Shown here in pieces: positions 1-14,265 of a stretch of 37,684 nucleotides of DNA. The stretch lies in assembly GCA_002245135.1 (NCBI GenBank), contig NGBS01000304.1, positions 186,001 to 223,684 on the forward strand, written 5' to 3'. Source of the DNA: Proteromonas lacertae. Its lineage: Eukaryota. The stretch's first letter is position 1. Each line of letters begins with the position of its first letter. The notes under the pieces were generated by a model. It saw only the letters and a list, made by a program, of their open reading frames with translations, was not told the DNA's origin and did no database searches. The position numbers were made by a program, and so were the translations under genes.

Positions 1-3000
1 TATCACTATTGCTACTTTTACTTTGAATATTTCTAAATCTCAAATTATTATTGATGAAATAATTAACATTTGGTGGTTTTGAATCAACAATAACAGTTAA
101 ATTCTTATCTTTATTTTTATTAATCACTTCATTCACTGTATATAAAATACTTTTATACGTATTTAAATCATTTATATCAAAACTTTTCTTCAAGTTATAA
201 ATCATTATTGGATAGACAGTTAAAGATACTTTCTCAATATCATTTGTTATTGAAGGAGGAATAAAATCTTCATTTATATCTAAACTTATTCTTTCACAAT
301 AATTAATAGTTTTATTATCCCATTCACCATAATATTCCTTTTGATTATTATTCTCTATTACTTTCAATATACATTTTCTAGATATATAATATTTGTAATT
401 CTTTGGACAACTAATGATTGATTCACTATTTACTTCAGTTTCTTCCCATATACCATCTTCTGGACAATTGATTTTGTTGACTGTTATTTCTATCTTTTCT
501 ATATTACTTTTACCTACTTCATTTATTCCATATATTTCATAAACATGTGATGATAATATTTCTTTTCCTATACCACTAATTATTCCTGTTTTTTCATCAA
601 ATTCTAATCCATTTGGTAACTTTGTTGGATTAATCACATATTTATCAATTTTGCCACTCACTTTATATGGTTTTATCTCTAAATTAGTAATATTCACATA
701 TAAATTATAATATTTATCTAAGTATTGAATGGTTGGTATTTTCATTTCACATTTACCCATTACTTCACTAAAAACAGGATTAGAAACATAAGGACAATCT
801 CTTAACACAGTTCCTTCATAATCATCAGATTTCATATAAACAGAACAATCTAAAATCGATTGAAATCCAATTGCAACACTTTCAAAGCCATCTTCAGTCT
901 GTTTACAATATAATATATTCACTGTAAACTTCAATTCGATTATATCACTACCAAAACTACCACTAAATGCTTGTATTTTTACTGATTTTGGTTTAGAGGT
1001 TGAACTGTAGGGATTTCCTGATATTTCACCAGTTTCTTCATCCAATTCTAAACCTAATGGTAAACTACCATCAACAATCATGAATTTATCAATTTTAATA
1101 TTTCCATTTTCACTGCTAATGGATGGACTTATTGTTTCAATATCTAAATTACAACCAAATACATATTCTTTAGGATTATAATCAATTATTGGTTTTGGAG
1201 GAATACAATTCTCTTCATTTATATATTCATCCCATTTTGGCTCAATTCCATAACCACATAATCTATAAGCATAACCTTTATAACCACTTTGACATTGTAC
1301 TTTGTATTTTGTTCCTTCATTTACTTCAGGAAATCCTAAAATTGGATCTTCTGGACATTTTGGTTGAATTATTTTGATTGAGAATTTAAATGTCTTTATT
1401 ATATCATCTTTTGCTTCAATTTCTATAACAATTGATGTTGTTTGATTTGTTAATGGATCTATTGTGATTTTAGTTGGATTTCCTGATAATATTCCAGTAT
1501 TACTATCTAAAGAAAGACCATAAGATTTCAAAGATTCACTTTCATGTTTAACAGTAAAAACAGTATGAGTTAATCTTCCTTCAAACTCAGGAATAATCTC
1601 CAAATTATGACCAATATATAAGTTAAATAAAGAAGAATTATATTCAAATTTGATTGGATTAGGGAATCTACAATCATTAACCATATTTTCCCATTGAGGA
1701 GTAATTTTATCATTAGAACATTTTATATATTTATCACCAACTTGACCTTCTATTTCACATCCATAACTTATCTTTTGACCTGCATATTTCTTTGGCAAAT
1801 TATCAGTCGGTAAACAGTAAGGCATTTCTATTTGAATATTCACTTTTGTTGAGATTGAATTGAATGAATAATAGCCATAAACAGTGAATTCTATTATTTC
1901 TTTATTCAAATATTTTTCTGTATCAACTATACCATAGATTGTACCAGTTATTCTATCAAATTTTAATCCATTTATTACTGTTTCAATATTTGGTTGAATA
2001 TAGAAATATTCTATTTTACTGTTGTTAGTGTATGTTGGAATGTAAGAATCATTATTTCCATGATAAAACACTAAAGTTGTCTTATTATTATAATACAAAT
2101 CACTTGGTCTAGATGGATTAACTGTAAATTCTAAGTTAAACTTTAAACCATGTTTTTCATTAATAAATTCAATTGTACTGTTATAATAACCAACTAAAGT
2201 AGGAATACCACTGATTACAAAAGTATTTTTATTAATAGTAATACCTGGAGGTAAATTTCTAGTTTCAATTCTATCTATTTTATTGATTGGACCACTCGGT
2301 TTAATCTGAATTGAGTCTTCTAATGCATATAATAAGTAATTCCTAGGTGAATAATCTAAATCAGGTGGTAATAAGTTACATCCTTCTTTATTGATGACTT
2401 TATCCCAAGCACCATTTTCATTACATTTTCTTACTTCCAACACCGCTATATCCATAATCACAACCGAACTGTAACTTCTGTATTCTCTAATGTGTATGGA
2501 TATTTCCCTGTAGCAGGACAAAGATAATAAGATATTACTAATTGAAGATGTAAGGATAATGTTTGTTCAATTGTATAACCGATTATTAGATTAACTGTTA
2601 CTGATTCATATGATTTAACTGTTTCATAATCAATTTCTGGTTTTCCACTAATTATTCCAGTAGCATTATCCAATACAATTCCATTTGGCAATTTTCCACT
2701 TATTAATGTAAAATTATTAACAATCTTTGTAATATCATCATTTTCATTACCTACAACATAATTTGGTTTAATCTCTTCCATCTTTCTATTATAATACAAT
2801 TCATAAGTCTTCAATGGATATGAGAATTGAGTTGGATAAGGCAAATGACAGTTATTAATTTCACTGTCTATTAGCCACTCTGGATTTGTTTTATTATCAC
2901 TACATTTCATATAATAATAGCCATAAGTATTATTACATTGTTTATTAGCAGTTTCACCAGCATTTGTTGCTGGATATAAATCGTGACTTTGACAGATTGG

Positions 3001-6000
3001 TCTATAGATTTTAATTAATATATTTAATTCATAGTATCTTTCATTATTTGCATATTTACCTATTACTGTTATATTTAGTTCAATTGCTTCAGTATTATTC
3101 AAATTGAGTGGTTTTCCTGAGATTTTTCCAGTTTTATTATCAAATATTAGGTTATATTTATTCTGAATATTCTCTATTTCTTCATTGTTATCATTATTTA
3201 TAAACTCATATAAATCATATTTCAGATTATTCACTTTTCCATAAACTGTAGGAGTATAAGAATCTTCAAAATTATTATAAAATTCTAATATTTGTTGATT
3301 ATAACTAAATGAATCAGGTTTTTGATTTCTAGGTAATACAATAATTTCCAAATTTATATTCGTTTCACCTACATCATTTTCTAACACCATATCAATCACA
3401 TAATGTCCAGTAACAGTGAAATTGAATGTAATAGAGAATGTTTGATTGTTCAAGTCAAATATAGGATGTATTATTCTCATTAATTTCAATAGCATATTTG
3501 ATATTAACATCATCAATTATTCCATCTAATTTATAAGGATTTAACTTAAAATATTCATATTGATAAACAGTAAACTTCGTTTTATACACTTTATTCTTCT
3601 CATCATATACAGTTGTATCTTTTGTATAAATTAATACAGGTAAATACATTGTGCAGTTATTATGTATTTCTGTACTCCATTCTGGTATTTTTCCACTTCC
3701 ACATTGTCTAGTTATTAATCCATTATAACCATATTCACATTGATTTATTGCTAATTCATTTTCAGGTGTAGCTTTAAAATTATTTTCTACATCTTCTTCA
3801 CATTTTGGTAAGATTATATTCACAAAGAAAGTAATCATTTTTATTGTTTCATCTTTTGCTTGAACAGGAATAACTCTATTCATTGCTTCTATATTATTGG
3901 CTGTTAATTTTCCAGTGATTTCACCTGTTTTTGGATCTATTTTAATACCATCAGGTAACATAAATGATGAAATTACTAAATTGCTATTATCACCATTATA
4001 ACTATCTACTTTACATTTAATTGGTTCAATTTCATATCCAATATACCAATTCAATGGAGTTAATGGACTTATACCTTCATATTCGAATATTTGTGGATAT
4101 TTTTGATGACAGGTGTTTATTTCTTCAGTATATTCAATCTCTGACTGTTTTATTCCAGATGGGCATGTAACGGATATATTTCCAGCTTCATTTGGATCTT
4201 CGCAATTGATTGTTTTTGTTTCACCAGAATAAGTTGTTTGGAATTTTTCATTATAACATTTTGGCTGGATTATTGAGATTTGCTAATTCAACTGGATATT
4301 CTGTATGTAAGAAATAACCTTTTACTGTATAGCTATCATTTGATACAAGATTCAAAGTTGTTAATGAAAATGATATTTCACCTGTAGTTTCATTAAATGT
4401 GATATTCTTTTCTTCACTTATTGCTGGTATAATTTCAAATCGATCAATTACACAGTTCTTCTTTACACAATTGATAATTGGTTTATAAGAATCTATAAAG
4501 CCAATATAAAACTCTAAGATATTAGATGGATAAGTTATTGATTCTGGTTCTGTTAAAACAACTATTTTTATATTTATATTCTCATTTGGATATTGTTCAT
4601 TTCCATACTTTACTGTTATAACCAATTCACTCTTTTCTTCTTCTTCTTCACCTCCAACAATATTATCGTTTATTAGTATTCCACTAATTGTAGCTGTATC
4701 ATTATCAAAACTCCAACCAGTTGGTAAATTCTCTACTGTTATTTCACCATCTATTCTATTCTCTATTTTTAATGGAATAATCTCAAATTTATCATTAATA
4801 TGATATCTATATTCACTTTCATATTCAATTATTGGTTTTTCTAACACACATTCACTTCTATCATACTCCACAGCTAATTCATATTGATTTGTTTCTTCAT
4901 TTAATACACATTGTTGTCTAGTTTTACCTGTATAATATTCATCACAATATTCTGTATATAAATATTCATTTGGACTTATAAATACTTCATCATTTACTTT
5001 ACAACCTAATCTCACTATTTTCATAACAATAGAAGTGAATGGATTTGGATCAATAGATTTCATTGAAATAACAATTTCTGAATAGAAATCAATATCTGGT
5101 ACAGTTCCACTAATAATACCAGTAGTAAAATCAAAGTTTATTCCTTTAGGTAAAACTCCAGAAATGATATCAAAACCATTATAACCACCATCATCTCCTA
5201 TTATTGGAGCATATTCAATATTTCTATTAGGAATAAACTCTATATTATCATCATATTTAAAGGAAGTAGATAAGACTGTTCTGCAATGATTTTCTTCATC
5301 TTTACTCCAATATATTTCACTATTATCAAATACACATTCTCTTAACATATAACCAACTTCGTTCTTTTTATTACATTTCTTAATTGCCTTTTTATGAGCC
5401 ATTGTTGTTGGATAACCATCACTATTCTTGCAGTAATAAGTACTTTCTGGACATCTTTGTATTCTTAACTCTGCTAATGTAAAGTATGATTCTTTTGTAC
5501 CTAATAAACCACCACATTGATCTGACATGTAATTAGCTACTTTATATTGAATCATATTAGAAAAGTATTTATTTCCATAATAATTAAATATACCAAAAGC
5601 TTGCATTGGAACTGTACTAGAACCAACATGATAAGGGTTTTGCCATATTCCTTTTGTATCTTTCTCAAATATATCAAATGCACTTGGCTGTGAACCTGAT
5701 AAATCACTTCCCATTACTTTTACTTGATTGGTATAGTCATAATTATTTAGATTAAGTTGAAATGTGATTGGGAATTTATTATCATCTATACATACAACAA
5801 AGGTTCTCCTCATTCTCAATGAATAGTAAGTATCTGGATCATTATCTATTATCTTTTCTACTCCACTTCCTTTATCTACTCTTAATGATGAATAATCTAA
5901 ATCAATACATTCTGTTAATGCTTCTAAATTCATAGAAATTCGAAGTTTTGGTGTATAAACAGTGTTTTCATTATTATGTATTTCAAAGGCAAATATATTT

Positions 6001-9000
6001 ACTCCATTTTCAATATAATACATTGGAATTGTTAATGAGATTGTTTGCTCACTGTTACTTGTAGCAAGTGTGTTTTCATTGATATTATTATCACTTGTTC
6101 CCATATTATATCTAAATACTTCAACTCCATTAATATAAAATATAATTCCTTTAGCAAATGTTAGTTTCATTAGAACTGAAGTATATTGTGATAAATCATC
6201 TACAAATGAGAAGGAGGTTGATAGATAAGTAGTAACTTTATCATTTTCTGGTAGTCTATATACTACATATTGATTAATTTGATGATTTTTATTATAACTT
6301 TCACCATGCTGATTATACCAATTATCTCTATATTCATTTGAATAATACCATTTTGTATATTCAGTATTGATATAGTTATTAAATGTAGAAATAGAATATT
6401 CCATGTAATTGTTATCATTATTAGTATATTTATAAACACCATATAATTCATCATATATATAGAATTCAACGTAACTATTAACATTCCATAATATCTTATT
6501 CATACTTCCTATCTGCAATTTGATTGGTTCTTTGGCTATACAGATTGAATAGGAGTAATTAGTGAATGAAATTGAACGATCAAATTCGAAATAATTCTTT
6601 GAATTTGCTGCTATAACTAATATCAAATCTTTAGAATCTGCAAAATTAACAATATTTAACTTCGTTAAAACTTCATTTTCTTCACATAAATTAACATAGA
6701 AATCAATTGTATAATTCACACTTCCATATATATTGGAGATTTCTATAATTGTGTTTATTTCTACTTTTTCATAGTAAAAATCAACTTTTCCATATATTTC
6801 ACCTGTTACATTATTCAATACTAATCCATTAGGTAAATCACTTAATAGTTTAAAATCATCAGCACCATATTCAACAAATGGAGATAAATAGAAATTACTA
6901 TACGGTTGTATAGTTATTTTATTTAATGTATAATCAACAATAGGACTTTTACCACCTTTTAATAAGATATTTTTATTGATATTCATTTCTTTATTGTTTA
7001 TATCATATGAATAAACATTCAAATCGTCCAATAACAAGTCAAAATGTCCTAATGAGTTAGAATTACAGTTAAATATGAAATTCAATCCATTTGCTTTATC
7101 TTCTTCATTTTCTTCTGTTATTGAAATGCATTGATAGTATGTATAATTGTGATTTGATATAAATTCATTCTTATATTTATCACTATCATAATATACACCA
7201 TTCTTTGACTTTAACATTATTCTAAAATCTTCATTATTATTGATATAATAATTCAATGATATTAACCTACTTCCCATTGGACATGCTGATATAATAATTG
7301 TCATTTTACAACTAGTAATACCAGCAGCATTGATTGCATAGATTGTATATTCTCTATTTGAAGTTTCTATTGGAATTCCTGAGATTGATCCATCATTTTC
7401 ATTCAATATTAATCCTTCAGGTAAAACAGGATTTGAGTAAAACCAAGTAGCTTTAAATGATGTTATTGTTGGATAAATTGTTTCTATTTTATTACCAATT
7501 CTTCCAATAATCGTTTCAGTATTTTCATAATTGAAGTTACTGGGAGGTAAATATGCTTGAATTGTTATAGTGATTGTTGTTTTTAACTCTATTACATCTT
7601 TTAATAATGAATTCATCACTGTGATTGTATATTTCTTATTATTCACTATTTCTAATGGTGTTCCTGATATTTCACCCGTTTTTTCATCATATTTCAATCC
7701 ATATGGTAATGAAGGAATAATCACAAATGTACTATTTACAGTAATTAATGAATCAAAGAAAATGATTGGTTTATAAATTTCTATTTCTTTACCTAATACA
7801 TAATTAGCTAATGGAGTTGAATAGGAAATAACTGTATTTAAAAAGTGGTAAAAATATTCTTTTCCGATAATTTTCATACCCCAATAATATTGATCCAAAT
7901 CTGTTCTTGACCATGAAATATCTATTGATTTCTTAGTATCAACATCTTTCCAATAACTCAATTTAAACTTTTGAACTCCTTTATTTTCAAATTTTATACC
8001 TCTTAAAGCTAATGAATTATAACCACATTTCATTACACTATTCACATTATTTGAATTCATAAATTCCCATCTGATTGGTCCATAACTATTAATATAGAAA
8101 CTGTAAGTTCCTGGATAAGGTATATAAATATAACCTTCCCATTCTACAATGAAATAATTGATAAAATCATTTGATAAACCATCCCAGAAAGTGATAGTCA
8201 TTTGTGATTTATCTATATTATCTTCTAATTTGTTGATGATTAATTCATAATCTACACTTTGATCTGGTGGAATATAGTTATCACAAGTTATATGATTATT
8301 CTTTTCAAAGTAGTATTTCGCTATAATTTGAGGTTTTAAATTCTCTACTTTTACATCAATTATATTTAACAACAAACATGTTTGAACACTTGTATAATCA
8401 CCCATATAAGTTATACAGTATTTTAAATTAGTTTTAACTTCATTAGGATTTCCATAAATAGCACCAGATATTTGGTTAAACTGTAAATTACTATCTAATT
8501 CTTCAGGTTCTATAGAGTACATTCCATTACTACTTCCTATTATAGAATCAGTAGTTGATGGTACAATTGTAGTTAAAATACCAATTCCCAATATAAATGA
8601 TTTACTTTCATAATTGATCCTTTGTGGTGGTAAAGCAATGTCTTTCATAAATTTGATTTTTAAAGTAGTTTCTATTGGATTTTGATTGGATGGATTTATC
8701 ATCCTTAATTTGATAGTTAAAAATGCAATTTCTGAAGAAGAAGTTAAAATTCCTGATAATATACCAGTTTCTTCATTTAATTTAAACATTACTGATGATT
8801 CTACAGCTTCATATTTTGCTACATCTCCATCACAGATTGGTGGATATATTTCTATATATTGATTTGATGGGAAAGTTGGATAAATATCATTTACTTCATC
8901 AACTAAATATTGATATTCACATTTTGTTATTGGTATAAATACATTAATATTGATTTTAACTTCATCATAACCACCTTCTTCAGTTTCAAATCTGATTATA

Positions 9001-12000
9001 TAATCACCTGAAACTGAATTATCAGGAGTAATACCACTGATTGAACCATCTACTGGATTGAATATCATTGTATCTGATGGTAAATCTTTAGAAATTGTTG
9101 CTTTCATAAAACTATATTCACATACAGGCTTGATGCTGATTTGTTCATTTTGACTGAAATATAATGTTGTATTTGGATATTTACAATTAGGTGATTGCTT
9201 ATTATAACATAAACCCATATCAGTTAATTCCCAAGTTGGTATATTATTAATGAAATTACATTTTCTACTCATATATCCACTATATCCACTTGGACATCTT
9301 ACAGTGGCAGTTAAACCTAGTTTTGTATTTGGAAAAGAATCAATTGAACTGCATTCATCAGAATAAACGGCTATTAATAATTCAAATATATCAATTTCGC
9401 CATTTTCACCATTTCCAGTTACTTTTATACTATTGAATTGATTATTTTCAGTAATTGCTGAAGGAATACCATAAATTGTTCCAGTTGTTTCATTGATATA
9501 TAATCCTGTAGGCAATGGAGATTGAACTGTAAATTTCTTAATATAACCATCGTAAGTAGGAGTTATTGGAATAATTTCGTGGTTTATAAATGTAATTAAT
9601 TTGTTCTTTGGATATTTCAAATTACTTGGTGGAACTGCTGTACAACCATTATATTCATTTGACCAACCGTTTGATGTACATTGTCTAATCTTAAATCCAA
9701 CATATCTATCAGGACAACTGCCTTTAACATTCTCATTTACATATGATAATGGATAACTTGAATCTCTTGGGCAAGATTTTGGCTTACAGATTTGATAGTT
9801 CAAATCTCTAGCTTTAAAATATAGCAATTCATTATCTTCAGTATTTGATTGAGTTACTTCTAATATTTCCATATAATAGTGATCATATGATTTATATTTA
9901 TTCAATCCACTATATGATTTATGTTTTGGTGTATCAGATTTCACTATCTCATCTTTTAATACTTTATGTATAACATCCCAATTATCTTTATTATCCTTAT
10001 CATATGAATAAGAACCATATAATATCCATGAATCAGGTATATTGAGTGTATTATAACCATCAGAATCAAATACTGACCAAATATAATCACTTAGATAATA
10101 TGAATTATTATTTTTAAAACTAAGACTAATTAATAAATAATCACCATTGTATAAAACTGTAGAATATTCTGTTTCATAATTATTATCAAATAAATTCACT
10201 AATGATTCAGGATTCTCTTTATTTGTAGAAATACTATAATCAATTCCATTATCTCTATTATTAGTTAATGAATAGCAATTTGTATTTGTTTCATCATCAT
10301 AATTGAAAGTCAAATCAACTTCAGTATTTTCTTTGTTATTTACTACTTCATTTTGATAGATTGCTATACTTAGAATATTATCACCATTTAATAACAATAA
10401 AGGACTTGCATGGATGTTATATACCAATAATTTATCCGTTTTAATACCAACTGTGGGGTTGTTTTTGGGTAAATTTTTCCTATAAAATTCTTCACCATTT
10501 AAATAGATAATAAAACTAAATTCAGATTTAACAATCACATCAATTGTGATTAAATGTTGTTTATTAGCTGAATATTTTAATAATGTTCTATAATAAGTAA
10601 TTATTGAACCTCTACTTGGCATATTTTGTAATTGTTGTTCTATATATTCATCTGGATCATACAGTTTATTCCATGTATTATCATTGATTTCAGACTGTTT
10701 TGTTACTTTCTGCCAAGCAGATTCATAGTTTATTTCATATACAATTGGTAATGTTAAAACTTTATTCTTATTCAAATCATCACTATCTTTATAAGTCAAT
10801 ATATTGTTTAGTCTGTTAAATTTGTATATTTCTATTTTTGTATATTTACCCCAAGGTTTATGGTTAGTAGAACCATATTCTAATTCATATTGATTTTGAT
10901 CTAAACAGAATACATAATTCTTATCAACATTCTTCTCAAATCCTTCATAATTTAAATATACTTTATCATTTATATCACTTAATTTAAAGAGTATATTATA
11001 CCCTATATTTGAATAAATATGAATCTTGAATAATATTCTATTATTATCACATAGTGATGAATGAGATATTCTTAATGTAACTACTTCACTTTCAATATTA
11101 TTATTAATACCTTTAATTTGAATTATCTCTAAATTATTATCATTATTATATGAATTTGGTAGAATAACTCCACTTATTTCACCTGTTTTTTCATCAAATA
11201 TCATTCCATCTGGTAATATGATATTGTCTAACAATATATATTTTGTACATCCATTTTCACATATTGGTATATAACTAAATGGCAAATTGTCAATTATTTC
11301 TATTGTATTCGTTGGATAGGTGATAATTGGTTTTATATTATAATTATCATCATTCATGTTTACTATAATGAAATTAACATCAAAATCAGTAATGGTTTTA
11401 TTCTTCAAATCTTCAATATAATTATAAGTCAATAATTCATTTGTATTTTGATAAATTTTATACCACATTCCTCTTAATGCATTTGTTTTTATATGTAAAT
11501 TATAATTTCCAATTTTAACACACTTTGTTATTTCATAATAACTATCTTTAGAATGATCTATTTTCTTATATATTAATTCATTATTATCACTATTTACTAC
11601 ATCAATTTCAACATTAGTATCTCTAACATAATACTCTAGTGTAAATGGTAATTCATTATTATCTGTTTTACATCCATTTACTGATAATTGCAATGGAGTT
11701 ATTATCTTTGTAATACCAGCAGAATTAGAACAATAAATATTCACTTCAGATGAAAATGATTCTCGTGGAATTCCACTAATAATACCATTTTTTGAATTCA
11801 AATATAATCCTAAAGGTAACTTAATATCAGTGTAAAAATAATAATCATTTTGAATATCATTATATATAGTTGGTTTTATTGTATTTTCTTTTATTTCTTC
11901 ACCTATTGATAAAGTGATTGTATTACTTGGTAAATAGTTAAATTCTGGTGGTTTAATTGTATTAGATACTTCTATTGTTATTGCTGTGTAATAATTACCA

Positions 12001-14093
12001 TACTTCTCACTTGTTGCTGTAATGAAGTAATAAGATGGTAATTGTGATAAGATTGGAGTTCCACTGATTTCACCAGTTAACGGATCTAATTTTAAATTAT
12101 CTGGAAGTGATGGTAATACTGAAAAAGTAACCGTTTCATCATTGGTTATTCCAAATAGAATGGGTTTATTTTTCCTTAACATTTCTACATTTGAAACTAA
12201 GTTACTCACCATATCTGAATAAGTGAATGTAGCTACAGGGAAATAATAATAATAATCTTTAGATATTACAGTCTCTATAGTGATTGATTTATCATTATGC
12301 CATTTTAATGATATTTCTGGAGTAGAATATGAATTTATTGTATTCCAAAATTGAACATTTATTTTAATCAATCCTTTAGTTAAATAAATAGGAATTGTAG
12401 ATTTTTGTAATGTTGATTTATCATTTAAATTATTCTCTAATGTAATTGTATTGTTTAATGTCAATATGGCTTGATCACTCGAGCTTAATTTGATATAATA
12501 ATTTGCATCTTCTGGAATGTATAAAAATGAATTCCATTCAACATAAAATCCATTATTATAATATTGACTGCTTAATAATTTATTCCATTCTTTATCTATT
12601 CCATTATAATCAATTACATTTTCAACTCTAGTCATTTTATGAAGTAATTGTGAAGATGATTGAAATGTCAAATAATATTTAGCTTCAATTCCATTCTTTA
12701 GACTGTCTTTATTAGCTTCAACAATATCTAATGTAAATGAATAGGTGAAACTTCCAACAGGATTCATTATAACAATGACATATTGCTTTTTCTCATCGAG
12801 CTTGATATTGGCTTGACCTGAAATAACACCAGTTTTTGGATCAAATGACAAATCATTTGGTAATGTTCCTGTAATCATTATTGAATTTGGACTTCCAATG
12901 ATTGTTGGAATATAATTCACTTTTTGATTTAAAGCGATTAATAAATCAGTTGATACATATGAATAACTCTGTAATGTTGGATATTGAGTTTTGGCAATAG
13001 TTGAAGAGATAATCTGTTTTTCTTGATCTTCAATATTGCACTCTAATTTGAATAATAAATCACTACTAGTTGATGTATGGAATATTAATACCATTAATGG
13101 ATGATAACCTACTGTTAATGTGATTGAATTTTCTAAACTCACTACTGGCTGAAACATATTGTCTAAATAAACCAATACAATTTCATCATCATTCTTTGTC
13201 ATAGTGAATTTATAATTTCCTTCAACATTGATGTTTAAAGTGGAAATTAACTTGATTATGTAATTCTTGGTGTAAATGTTGTTTTTATTACCTGTAAATA
13301 CTGTACATGGTTCATTTTCAGTACATTCTATATTCATACTACTTAATAATGATGGATAGGTGGATATTTGACCATTATCAATTTTTAGATTGTAATCTAA
13401 ATACTTTGAAGCGATTGTTGGTATATCTAATGGTTCTATATCATTGTCAGTAACTAATGCAAGAATATTATCTAATAATCTAGATGTGGGTAATACATTA
13501 ACTGTCAATTGTATAGGATATTGCTTTACTGGGTTATTTACATTAATAGTCAATGTCAAAACTTTAGTTCCATCTTCTTTTACCTCAATACCTTCTTCTG
13601 GAATGCTGTCATAATTAATAGAACCAGTGATTCTTCCTGTATGTGAATCTAATTGAAGTGTTGAAGGAAAATTCTCACTGCCAACTTCAAAATGGTCAAA
13701 TTGAAAAATACAAGTAGGGATATGAATATATACAGGTAAATTTGGAGAAATTGTGATTATGCCGTTGTTGGGATATACACAGTAAGGATTTTGCCAAATT
13801 GAGAGTTTGAAATAAATAACAGTGAATTTGTGATCGTTGTTGTATAAAGTGAGAGAGTATTCTGTATTATTGACAAACTGGTAGGATCTACCTGATATTG
13901 TACCATTGTTTGCTAAATCCAAACCATCAGGAAGATTCTTTGACAATAAAGCTTTAACAATAAGCGAATCGCATTGAGGTTGTATAAAAACATCCTGATC
14001 TGCACTATATATGTAGTTGTATTCTGTCAAAGAGCAAACTGGTAGTTGACAGGATGCAAATCCTACTAAAAACAACAACAGGATCATTAACAT
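1..14093 (-). CDS. Giant multidomain surface adhesin/lectin-like protein (>4,690 aa, 3' end outside the window): signal peptide, many He_PIG-type Ig-like repeats, PA14, jelly-roll, F5/8-like and HRM-like Cys modules
   Basis: ATG at 14093 gives the signal peptide MLMILLLFLVGFASC (the track start at 14147 is TTG). Track ORFs 4251..14147, 3455..4054 and 2458..3516 join with a frame running from ~2437 to 1 (open in every segment I translated) by removing single extra bases at ~4280, ~3468, ~2466 and ~2438. Recurrent motifs: LPxGLxLDxxTGxISGxP (Ig-like); GIEAKYY..FYVEWNSFLYIP..Y.I (PA14); C..xP.T..G....C...Y.G...R.C.....W....C (HRM-like). No introns needed. Confidence 0.88.
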
Positions 14094-14265
14094 CAGCTTT
14101 AATTTTAATGTGATGAAACACAAGCCAAATGTTGTAACACAAGTCAAAAGCTTGATGTAATAAATGACAAATACTGTTTTTCGAGTGTTTTGAGATAGAA
14201 TTTTGGTATTTTGATATTAAATCCTCTCCATAAATACATTATTTAAATCAAATTATTAACTTAAT

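Noticed and set aside
2430..4290. Programmed +1 ribosomal frameshifting at the four breaks
   Set aside because: There is no shared slippery motif or stop-adjacent shift site among them; sequencing insertions are the simpler explanation.
1..14147. Bacterial contig or contamination, suggested by the intronless Ig/PA14 giant ORF
   Set aside because: It is contiguous with, and compositionally similar to, intron-containing genes, including the eukaryotic BLTP1.
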